Positions 1-7,058 of a stretch of DNA of 32,000 nt are shown here, piece after piece. A model generated the notes under the pieces. That model was given only the letters and a program-made list of their open reading frames with translations, made no database searches and had not been told where the DNA came from. This DNA comes from Candidatus Nanohalobium constans (GTDB lineage: Archaea; Nanohalarchaeota; Nanosalinia; Nanosalinales; Nanosalinaceae). Made by a program: the position numbers and the translations under genes. The stretch's first letter is position 1; the number at the start of each line of letters is the position of its first letter. Location of the stretch: contig NZ_CP040089.1 of the NCBI RefSeq assembly GCF_009617975.1, positions 780,001-812,000 of the forward strand. The letters run 5' to 3'.

Positions 1-58
1 AACAGATGAAGGAGACGAAATCAATGTCTCAAGCATCCAAGTAGACCTAAGCCAATAA
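1..58 (+). CDS. 3' end of an upstream gene (partial, product unknown)
   Basis: Frame 2 is open from the window edge and reads TDEGDEINVSSIQVDLSQ, then TAA at 56-58. It is acidic like the rest of the proteome, and a T5 run follows at 88-92. It is too short to identify. Confidence 0.3.
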   Translation, partial: TDEGDEINVSSIQVDLSQ

Positions 59-110
59 AACCCAAACTCCACATTTTCTCACTCTTCTTTTTGCTTAAAC
101 TGACATGTTT

Positions 111-117
111 TTTATAC
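111..117 (+). promoter_or_regulatory. TATA-like box (TTTATAC) for the 139..417 gene; implies a leaderless or near-leaderless mRNA
   Basis: TTTATAC lies 28 to 22 nt upstream of the ATG at 139. The same spacing recurs at 7446-7452/7474 and 19175-19180/19203. Confidence 0.35.
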
Positions 118-138
118 CGGTGAAACAAAATAACCGGT

Positions 139-417
139 ATGAATAAGGAGAAAGGTCTATCACAGGTACTAGTCCTAATTGTAGCAGCCGCCGTACTAAT
201 GATGGTCGGACTAATGCTTGTGCAGATATTCTCAGGCAACATAAATGATACGAATCAAGGAGTAAAGCTTTCTGCATGCCAACAAAACGTCAATCAGATC
301 TGCAGCAACCCTCCAGACGACAATCCCTCAGCGCCAGCCACATGCAACGGCTTTGATGGCGATGACGTAGAAGGACTATCTGACGACGGAGAGGAAGTAG
401 TCTGCAGCGATACGTGA
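139..417 (+). CDS. small secreted or membrane-anchored protein with an archaeal class III (type IV pilin-like) signal peptide and a Cys-containing acidic C-terminal domain
   Basis: The N-terminus is MNKEKG/LSQVLVLIVAAAVLMMVG: a short charged segment ending in KG, then a hydrophobic helix. This is the prepilin peptidase (PibD/FlaK-type) substrate pattern. The C-terminal part has 4 Cys and many D/E. Confidence 0.5.
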   Translation: MNKEKGLSQVLVLIVAAAVLMMVGLMLVQIFSGNINDTNQGVKLSACQQNVNQICSNPPDDNPSAPATCNGFDGDDVEGLSDDGEEVVCSDT

Positions 418-423
418 GGAAGC

Positions 424-789
424 ATGGACATAAGCATTGAGGCAGTTGTCGTCCTGATGGTATCAGCAATTGTAGCATTCATAGTCATCGGGATGGCTAC
501 GAGCGAAAGCGACAGCTTCAAAGGATTTCTTGGAAGCCAGACGGATGCTGCAAGCTGTGAACTAGGATACTCACAGTACAAATCAAGAGTAGACTGCGAC
601 GCACAAGCCGGAGACGGCACAGACTTCGAACAGAAAGATAAATGGGAAAAATGCAATGCAGCAGACTCCCAAGACGGATGGTACGCAAGATACTGTGGAG
701 ACTCAAACACAGAACAATCCTCAACCAACACAGAAGAATGCAACCTACCAAGACAAATGATCAACGGAGAGTGTCAGAGCCCCAGCTAG
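424..789 (+). CDS. small N-terminally anchored Cys-rich acidic protein, probably co-transcribed with 139..417
   Basis: The start lies 6 nt after the upstream stop, with GAGGA just upstream. The N-terminal hydrophobic helix is MDISIEAVVVLMVSAIVAFIVIG. There are 6 Cys in the remaining roughly 95 residues. The 3' end overlaps convergent gpmI by 4 nt. Confidence 0.45.
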   Translation: MDISIEAVVVLMVSAIVAFIVIGMATSESDSFKGFLGSQTDAASCELGYSQYKSRVDCDAQAGDGTDFEQKDKWEKCNAADSQDGWYARYCGDSNTEQSSTNTEECNLPRQMINGECQSPS

Positions 790-2231
790 TCAAACAAAAA
801 ACTCTCAACAAGACCACGAACATCTGCAATACTCTGACCCTCAACCTCAACAGAACCTACTCCCACCAACGGAACCAGATTCAAACTGTGTGAAGTATTA
901 GGCGAGTCCTCTGAACCCATGTCCTCACAGTTCCCGTGATCAGCAGTAACCAACATATTAAATTCAGATTCTTCTACTGTGTCTACTAACCGTCCGATTT
1001 GTTCATCTACTGTTTCCACAGCAGTTATAGTTGCCTCCAAATCACCTGTATGACCTACCAGATCACAGTTTGCATAGTTCAGTAGGATGAAATCATAATC
1101 TTCGTTTTCAATAGCTTCAATCACTGTATCTGTTATTTCCTCAGCATGCATCCCCGGTTTTTTATCGTAGGACTTGATCTTGTCGCTTTCAACGAACTTT
1201 CTGTCCTCATGTTCGAATTCTAGCTCTCTTTGACCATTGAAGAAGTATGTTACATGCGGTTTCTTCTGGCTTTCCGCTACCCGGAGCTGTGAAAGACCTG
1301 CTTCCTCGATTTTCTCGCCTAAAGTGTTTTCCACTACCTGTTTCTCAAACAGAACAGGATTGTCGAAGTCTTTCCTGTATGAGAACATGGAGACAAAGTT
1401 AGGTTTTACAGGATTCTCAAATTGTCCAAAACCAGGTTTTAGCAAAGATTCTACTATCTGTCTTTCACGATCTGCTCTGAAGTTGTAGAAGATTAACTGA
1501 TCGTCGTCTTTCATTCCTTTGTAGTTTTCATCGACAGATGGTTGGATAAAGTAGTCGTAGTCTCCGTCATCGTATGTTTTCTGTACTGCTTCTCTTGGGT
1601 CTGAGAAATGGAATCCTTCTGCTTCTGCCATTGCCTGGTATGCTTTGTGTGTTCTTTCCCAGTTGTGGTCTCTGTCCATGCTGTAGTAGCGTCCCATTAA
1701 AGTAGCAATTTCACCTGTGTATTCTTCTGTCCATTCTTCGATCTGAGATATGAACTTTTCTGCTGATTTGGGTGCTACATCTCTTCCATCTGTAAAGCAG
1801 TGAACTTTGACTTCTACATCGTAGTTTGAGGCGATTTCCAGCAATGCTTTGAGATGGTCTATGTGACCGTGAATTCCGCCGTCTGATATTATCCCTGCTA
1901 AATGAACTGTAGTATTTTCTTGTTCTGCTGTTTCCAGCGCGTTTTTCAGCGCTTCTTTTTCTTTGAGTTCGTTGTTTTCTATTGACTGGTTGATTCTTGT
2001 GAGTCTCTGCGGTATCTTTCGTCCTGCTCCTAGGTGTAGATGACCAACCTCTGAGTTACCTGTGTATCCTTCGGGAAGTCCTACTGCCGGTCCGGATGCG
2101 TCTAGTTTGGCGAACCCGTTGCGAGCCATTAGTTTCCCGAGATTGGGTGTGCTGGCTTGTTTGAATGCGTTTCCTTCGGTTTCTTCTCTTAGTCCGACGC
2201 CATCCATGACTACTAGGAGTACCGGTTCCAT
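786..2231 (-). CDS. gpmI: 2,3-bisphosphoglycerate-independent phosphoglycerate mutase (GpmI type)
   Basis: The N-terminal LLVVMDGVGL...NAF..ASTPNL..L......LDASGPAVGLPEGYTGNSEVGHLHLGAGR matches the iPGM metal/phosphoserine motif. The C-terminal ...NYANCDLVGHTGD...VTADHGN motif is also present. Confidence 0.9.
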   Translation of the reverse strand: MEPVLLVVMDGVGLREETEGNAFKQASTPNLGKLMARNGFAKLDASGPAVGLPEGYTGNSEVGHLHLGAGRKIPQRLTRINQSIENNELKEKEALKNALETAEQENTTVHLAGIISDGGIHGHIDHLKALLEIASNYDVEVKVHCFTDGRDVAPKSAEKFISQIEEWTEEYTGEIATLMGRYYSMDRDHNWERTHKAYQAMAEAEGFHFSDPREAVQKTYDDGDYDYFIQPSVDENYKGMKDDDQLIFYNFRADRERQIVESLLKPGFGQFENPVKPNFVSMFSYRKDFDNPVLFEKQVVENTLGEKIEEAGLSQLRVAESQKKPHVTYFFNGQRELEFEHEDRKFVESDKIKSYDKKPGMHAEEITDTVIEAIENEDYDFILLNYANCDLVGHTGDLEATITAVETVDEQIGRLVDTVEESEFNMLVTADHGNCEDMGSEDSPNTSHSLNLVPLVGVGSVEVEGQSIADVRGLVESFLFD

Positions 2232-2285
2232 ACAGAGTTTTAGATAGTGGTTGAATTTATTAACCGCGACCGAGAAGAACGGTTT

Positions 2286-3317
2286 ATGGGCATCGGCGAT
2301 AAGATTGAGGAGAATATCAAGGAAGCCAAGGAGCTTATAGAGAAAGAGAAGAACAGCGATGCAGAAGAAAATAATACTGAAAAAGAATTTGAAGCACCAG
2401 AGCCAGATATAGAGGATGGAGACCTAATTGAGGACCAGGATACCGATGTGGATTCTCTTGAAGATGAGATAAAGCAGATTAAAGATGTTGCAGACTTTGA
2501 TGAAGATTCGGGCGAAGACAAACCTGACCAGGATTCTGTTCTGGACGATATACCTGAGACGTCGGACCTTTCAGACAGTGAAGAAGTATTTGAAAACAAA
2601 GAAGTATTTGAAGACGAGGAGAAAGACAGCTCTGAACCCGAAAATAAGTTTGAAGATTTTGAAGATGATTCTGAAGAACAGGAGGAGTTAAACGGTTTTG
2701 ACGAAGACATTTCGGAAACCACAGATGAGAACGAGAGCTCAGATAACTTCGAAGAGAAGGAATCTCAGAAAGATTTGAATAAGACTGTTTCAGAGCTAGA
2801 GAATCAACTAGCCCAAGCTGAGACTCATGAAACTACTAGAATCGATGAGTTAGAGTCTCGTGTCGAGAAAGTAGAGTTAGATCTGCAGAACGAAAGTATT
2901 CATGAGAAGGCAGCTCAGCAGAGAGTTCAGAAATTAGAGGAGAAAGTTGAGAGTATAACTCCCGGTCAGGAGTTCAAGGATAGAGTTGAAGAGTTGGAAA
3001 GCGATCTCGAAGACTTTTCAAATGAGATAGATACAAGGATAGATAATAAGATAGAGGAAAAAAGTGGAGAGAAGGTTTCAGAGATTCAGGGAGAAATAGA
3101 TAGGTTGAGCAATAGGCTTGATAGAGTTGAATCTCAGGTTGAGGAAGCTGCCAGAGAGACGGAACTCCCTAAAGAGACCGTCAAAGTCGAGGAAGACGGC
3201 AGCAATGAGCGGATTTCCGAGTTAGAAGGTGATGTTGGCGAATTAAAGAACAATATGACTGATTTGATGAGTGATGTTAAGCGTTTGACGGAACTTATCA
3301 AGAACCAGCATAGTTGA
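2286..3317 (+). CDS. hyper-acidic protein: disordered D/E-rich N-terminal half plus a coiled-coil C-terminal half
   Basis: Long ORF. The ORF track starts at a GTG at 2247, only 15 nt from the divergent gpmI ATG, so I prefer the first ATG at 2286 (MGIGDKIEEN...). Heptad-like ELE/VEK/LE repeats run from about residue 170 onward. I recognised no enzymatic motif. Confidence 0.7.
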   Translation: MGIGDKIEENIKEAKELIEKEKNSDAEENNTEKEFEAPEPDIEDGDLIEDQDTDVDSLEDEIKQIKDVADFDEDSGEDKPDQDSVLDDIPETSDLSDSEEVFENKEVFEDEEKDSSEPENKFEDFEDDSEEQEELNGFDEDISETTDENESSDNFEEKESQKDLNKTVSELENQLAQAETHETTRIDELESRVEKVELDLQNESIHEKAAQQRVQKLEEKVESITPGQEFKDRVEELESDLEDFSNEIDTRIDNKIEEKSGEKVSEIQGEIDRLSNRLDRVESQVEEAARETELPKETVKVEEDGSNERISELEGDVGELKNNMTDLMSDVKRLTELIKNQHS

Positions 3318-3383
3318 TGTTGTTACTTCTGGTTCGATAAAGGCTTTTAACTTTTTGACAATATTTTTCTTTGTAGAGGTAAA

Positions 3384-4874
3384 ATGGCTGAGGAAGTTAT
3401 ATTCGGCGGAGATGACGACTCGGAAGAGGAAGAAGAAAACGAACAGGAAACACTATTCGAATCAGAAAGCAGTGAAGATAATCAACAAGAAACAGAGACA
3501 GAGACTGAAACACAGGAAGACATAGATCAGCCAGAAAACACCGAAAAAGACGAAGATACCTCAGGTTCAGAAGAGAACTCTCAGGAAGAAGAAATAGAAG
3601 AACAGAGCTCAGAAGATGTATCAGAGCTAAGGGAAAAAGTCGAAGAACTTGAATACGACATAGAAGAAGTAAAAGAAGAAGATAGCGAGGCAGATGTAGA
3701 ACAGCTTAGAAACAAGCTCTCAGACCTCGAAGAACAAATAGATGATTTAGACAACAGTTCAGACATAGAAGAACTGAAAGACAGGATAGCGGAAAAAACA
3801 GACCTGATTAACAACCTGAAAGAAGAATACGACGAGAAAATAGGCCAGATAGAAGAACTAGAAGAAAGGATAGAAAACAGTTCTCAAGACGATATACAGG
3901 AAGAACTAGACGACCTCAGAGACAGCATCGAAGAGGAAGAAGACGAAAGAATCGAAGAACTGGAAGAACAAATAGCAGAATTAGAAAACAGACTAGAAGA
4001 AACCTCCACCGACGACTTAGAAACCGAGATAGATGAAATTGAGGAAAAAGTAGAAAATGCAGCAGATTCAGAGAGTATCGAAGAAGTCGAAGACAAGATA
4101 GAAGAACTGGAAGTTCAGATAGAGGAATCAAGTTCTGAAGACTACAGCGAAAGAGTCGAAGAACTTGAAGATGAAGTATCTGACCTCAGAGAAGAAGTCG
4201 AAGAGTTAGATGATGTGGATACAAGCCAGTTAGAAGAGCAGCTGGATGAATTAGCGGCTTTAATCGACAGCAAAGCAGACCTAGAAGAATTTGAAGAAGT
4301 AGAGGCTAGACTAGCAGAGGTAGAAGAAAGAGGCTTCGAAGACCTGATGATCAAAGTAGAGAACCTTGAAAGCCGCTTGGACAAAGTAAGAGAGAACCAG
4401 GAAGATATGGATGTCTCAGAACTGCAGAAAGAAGTCGAACAGCTCAAAGGAATGATTTCCGACTTCAAATGGATATTCAACGACTTCGACGACCTAGCAG
4501 AACTCAAACTGTTAAGCCAGGACGAATACAAAGAACTAAAGAGCAGTCAAGAACATGAAAAGCAACAAGGAGTCCAAAACACTGATATAATCAAAGAATT
4601 AAACAAGAACCTGGAGAAGATACTTGCGAACGCCCAGAGAAACGAGAAAAAAGAGTTCACACAGGTAAGACAAAGGATCAGAGAACTAGAAGACTCCATA
4701 AAGAATCAAGAATCAGAAGTAACAGAAGACGACCTGGAAACCGTAGTAGATGAACTAGACCGGCAGGAAGAAGAAATAAAAGACATCAGAGAAGGCTACG
4801 AAGAACTAGGAGAGATGATGAAACTAATCCTCCAAGAACTTCGGGAAACAAGAGACATGGAGTTCTCAAACTAG
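3384..4874 (+). CDS. hyper-acidic long coiled-coil protein (496 aa)
   Basis: Long ORF with GAGGT 3 nt upstream of the ATG. By my count about 48 of the first 100 residues are D/E. The remainder is continuous IEELExxIE-type heptad sequence. There is no Walker or other catalytic motif. Confidence 0.75.
   Translation: MAEEVIFGGDDDSEEEEENEQETLFESESSEDNQQETETETETQEDIDQPENTEKDEDTSGSEENSQEEEIEEQSSEDVSELREKVEELEYDIEEVKEEDSEADVEQLRNKLSDLEEQIDDLDNSSDIEELKDRIAEKTDLINNLKEEYDEKIGQIEELEERIENSSQDDIQEELDDLRDSIEEEEDERIEELEEQIAELENRLEETSTDDLETEIDEIEEKVENAADSESIEEVEDKIEELEVQIEESSSEDYSERVEELEDEVSDLREEVEELDDVDTSQLEEQLDELAALIDSKADLEEFEEVEARLAEVEERGFEDLMIKVENLESRLDKVRENQEDMDVSELQKEVEQLKGMISDFKWIFNDFDDLAELKLLSQDEYKELKSSQEHEKQQGVQNTDIIKELNKNLEKILANAQRNEKKEFTQVRQRIRELEDSIKNQESEVTEDDLETVVDELDRQEEEIKDIREGYEELGEMMKLILQELRETRDMEFSN
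3765..4122 (+). repeat. four degenerate in-frame 25-nt repeats, ATMGAAGAACTRGAAGnnnrRATAG, encoding IEEL(K/E)xxI
   Basis: Copies start at 3765 (atagaagaactgaaagacaggatag), 3849 (atagaagaactagaagaaaggatag), 3951 (atcgaagaactggaagaacaaatag) and 4098 (atagaagaactggaagttcagatag). A related gtcgaagaacttgaa occurs at about 3639 and 4155. Confidence 0.7.
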
Positions 4875-4886
4875 ATTCTCTTCTCT

Positions 4887-5909
4887 CTATGTGAAGCTGT
4901 CAAGACCAGACTGCCGACTCTCCAAAGCCGTATCCAGTTTCTCCAAGCCCGAATTCACTCTTTTCTCTGAGAAATCATGTTGTTCGATCAACACATTCCG
5001 GATCTCTTCTTTATCAGGGCTTTCAAACTCAAAATCTGTGTCTTCTACAGGAGGATTCTGGAAAAAATCGAGGATTTTATCAGGATCATTATCCGATTCC
5101 CACTCAACCTTGTCATCCTCCATCAAGTCATCAAAGCTGTCATATTGTTTGACCAATTCTAGGGCAGTCTTAGGACCTATACCGTAAATTCCATCAGGAT
5201 TGAAATCCGTTCCGACTAAGATGCCAAGCCACTGAAGTTTTTCATGAGAAATATCCAGCTGATCCAAGACTGATTCTAGATCAATCTTCTCCGTTGAGAC
5301 CTCTTTCCTGCCTCCACCAGAAGTCTTCCGGGTCTTCCGGGAAGTGAGATTCCGCACCATCACATCAGCACCAAACAAAAGACAGTCCCAGTCCTGACTA
5401 CCAACAGCATATACACTACCCTTCTGCACCATGTAAGCAGCCTGAGCCTCACCCTCACTCTCAGCCACGATATACGGCAAACCCATTGCATCCAAAAGTT
5501 TCTGCGCCTCTTCAATCATATCACCAGTCAATTTGGAAGACTGAGTGGCCTTGGAGTAAGCTTCAGAAATCTTTCCTTCCTCCTTCAATTTTTCCCATTC
5601 TTCACGGGCCTCTTCCCGTTTCTTCCTTCTTTCCTTAGCTTCCTTGGCCTTCAATTGTGGGGGCTTACCGTCAAAAACATATACAGGGCGGATGTTCTTC
5701 TCAAGCAAGTTTATTGAGCGGTAGAAAAGCCCTGAGAGGTGTGATGTAGTATTTCCATCGGAATCCTTCAGTGGAGTGCCGTCTCTCTGCCGGATAATCG
5801 ACAGAAACTGGTACATAGTATTCATCGCATCAACCGCGATAACTTTATCATTTAGGTCGGCGAAACTGATTTCCTCCGGCTCCACTAGTTCTCCCAGGTC
5901 TACTCCCAT
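4887..5909 (-). CDS. fen: flap endonuclease 1 (FEN-1)
   Basis: MGVDLGELV......L..K.IAVDAMNTMYQFLS.IRQRDGTPL.DS.G..TSHLSG.FYR..NLLE..I.PVYVFDGKPP.LK is the archaeal FEN1 N-domain signature. A C-terminal PIP-like tail (QSGLDSFT) is present. Confidence 0.92.
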   Translation of the reverse strand: MGVDLGELVEPEEISFADLNDKVIAVDAMNTMYQFLSIIRQRDGTPLKDSDGNTTSHLSGLFYRSINLLEKNIRPVYVFDGKPPQLKAKEAKERRKKREEAREEWEKLKEEGKISEAYSKATQSSKLTGDMIEEAQKLLDAMGLPYIVAESEGEAQAAYMVQKGSVYAVGSQDWDCLLFGADVMVRNLTSRKTRKTSGGGRKEVSTEKIDLESVLDQLDISHEKLQWLGILVGTDFNPDGIYGIGPKTALELVKQYDSFDDLMEDDKVEWESDNDPDKILDFFQNPPVEDTDFEFESPDKEEIRNVLIEQHDFSEKRVNSGLEKLDTALESRQSGLDSFT

Positions 5910-5947
5910 GCAAAAGGTTAACCATCCTGAGACTTAAACAACATCAC

Positions 5948-6079
5948 ATGGCACTGTGCGACTACTGCCAGGAAAAGAAAGCTGTGACCAAATGCGAAGT
6001 CTGTGGCTCAATGATATGCGATGAACACAAACTAGAGTACGGTTGCAAGGTTTGTGACGGCGTAGAACAAAAAATATAG
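5948..6079 (+). CDS. unannotated 43-aa zinc-finger mini-protein (eight-ligand, cross-brace AN1/HIT-like spacing)
   Basis: My own translation is MALCDYCQEKKAVTKCEVCGSMICDEHKLEYGCKVCDGVEQKI followed by TAG. The ligand spacing is C-x2-C-x8-C-x2-C-x4-C-x2-H-x5-C-x2-C. It fills the otherwise empty fen/ef1b gap and is below the 60-aa cutoff of the ORF track. Confidence 0.55.
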   Translation: MALCDYCQEKKAVTKCEVCGSMICDEHKLEYGCKVCDGVEQKI

Positions 6080-6095
6080 GAGAAGAAAAGATGTG

Positions 6096-6350
6096 CTACA
6101 TTTTGTTGAAGTGTTCTAGTTCGTAGCTCTGAACATTTTCCAGTTCTTCTAGTTTTTCTTCGACTGCGTCTGTTCCTCCTTCTTCGTCTGTTGTGATGCA
6201 GGAGACTTTGACTGCTTTGAGGCCGAATGCGACTTCTTCTTCTCCTAGGTCTTCTACATCTAGGATTTCTCGGATCTGGTCTTTGATTTGTTCTAGGTCT
6301 GTTTCAGAGTCTTCTGGCATTACTTTGTAAACACAAGAAATTTTTCCCAT
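6096..6350 (-). CDS. ef1b: translation elongation factor aEF-1 beta
   Basis: 84 aa, MGKISCVYKVMPEDSETDLEQIK..I......EDLGEEEVAFGLKA.KV......EEGGTDAVEEKL. The size and the V.K.MPE...DL / AFGLK / GTD..EE motifs are typical of archaeal EF-1beta. Confidence 0.85.
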   Translation of the reverse strand: MGKISCVYKVMPEDSETDLEQIKDQIREILDVEDLGEEEVAFGLKAVKVSCITTDEEGGTDAVEEKLEELENVQSYELEHFNKM

Positions 6351-6411
6351 TGTATTTATTCACCTTTTATGGAAAAGAAAAGAGCTGGAAAAAGTTATAA
6401 CCTATCCGGAG

Positions 6412-6439
6412 AGCTTCCACTAGAATGGAAGCTTTTTTC
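6412..6439 (+). other. orphan perfect hairpin followed by T6 (terminator-like on the + strand)
   Basis: The stem AGCTTCCA (6412-6419) pairs with TGGAAGCT (6426-6433) around a 6-nt loop, followed by TTTTTT (6434-6439). No + strand gene ends nearby. Confidence 0.3.
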
Positions 6440-6513
6440 TAAGATTCTTCAAAGTCTGCTTGATATCCATAAAGAGTTTTTCACCTACTCAAAAACCTAT
6501 TAATCGAATTCAC

Positions 6514-6521
6514 TTTTAAAA
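6514..6521 (+). promoter_or_regulatory. TATA-like box (TTTTAAAA) upstream of tRNA-Arg
   Basis: It lies 33 to 26 nt upstream of the tRNA 5' end at 6547. Equivalent boxes precede the other two tRNAs. Confidence 0.45.
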
Positions 6522-6546
6522 CTACAAAGACCTGCTAAATAACAAA

Positions 6547-6803
6547 GCCCTCGTGGTCTAGCTGGAAAGACGGCACCTTGCGGATGCATGTTACGCTACT
6601 CGAAGCTCAGAGAGCTTCTGCTTATGCAGAAACTTTTGAAGTTTCGAATATGCCAACGCAACAAGCCATTCCCTGAATGGCTTCCAATAAGTTGGATTTC
6701 GAAGCGTAGCGAGAAATGGAGCGGTTAGTGACCTTAAGTTTGGACCGCACCAGACTAAGTTGCAAATAGGTGCAGATCCTGGGTTCAAATCCCAGCGAGG
6801 GCG
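6547..6803 (+). tRNA. tRNA-Arg(GCG) interrupted by a 184-nt intron (6584-6767) at position 37/38
   Basis: Hand fold:
- Acceptor GCCCTCG / CGAGGGC
- D stem GTCT / AGAC
- Anticodon stem GCACC (6573-6577) / GGTGC (6769-6773)
- Loop TT-GCG-G...A
- Variable loop AGATC
- T arm CTGGG-TTCAAAT-CCCAG
- Discriminator G6803, with no encoded CCA
- BHB core: 4-bp helix TTGC (6578-6581) / GCAA (6762-6765), flanked by 3-nt bulges GGA (6582-6584) and ATA (6766-6768). Confidence 0.85.
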
Positions 6804-6845
6804 CTACCCGTAGTATTATTTTCGTCCAACTTTGTATGGCATTAT

Positions 6846-7058
6846 ATGCCAGGGAACTGGTTGAGGATTGGGAAGGCTTTGGACTCTGAGTTAGAGAGCT
6901 TCGACAGTTTTATGACAGGTAGGAGCATTGAGGGTGAGGAAGCGGAGACCTTGCCGGATGAAGAGATCAGAAAAATAGAAAGTATACTGGAGAAGCCTCT
7001 ACCAGATAAGATTGTTCAGGAAAAGTTATTGGAAGAGCATATGAAACATCATTCCTGA
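6846..7058 (+). CDS. hypothetical small acidic protein (70 aa)
   Basis: The ORF has a halophile-like acidic composition. Its 3' end overlaps convergent msrB by 10 nt. I recognised no motif. Confidence 0.4.
   Translation: MPGNWLRIGKALDSELESFDSFMTGRSIEGEEAETLPDEEIRKIESILEKPLPDKIVQEKLLEEHMKHHS

Noticed and set aside
2240-4531. Several long minus-strand ORFs rich in Ser/Leu (2240..2722, 3581..3814, 3884..4096, 3916..4131, 4142..4531) lie antisense to the acidic coiled-coil genes.
   Set aside because: They are mirror images of GAA/GAG/GAC-rich sense codons (TTC/CTC/GTC read as S, L and F). They have low-complexity, non-acidic composition and fully overlap much longer, better-supported genes.
6591-6788. 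A 65-aa minus-strand ORF lies inside the tRNA-Arg locus and could have been an intron-encoded protein such as a homing endonuclease.
   Set aside because: It is antisense to the tRNA, basic and Cys/Trp-containing unlike the local proteome, and too short for a LAGLIDADG enzyme, with no such motif. The region is better explained as structured intron RNA.
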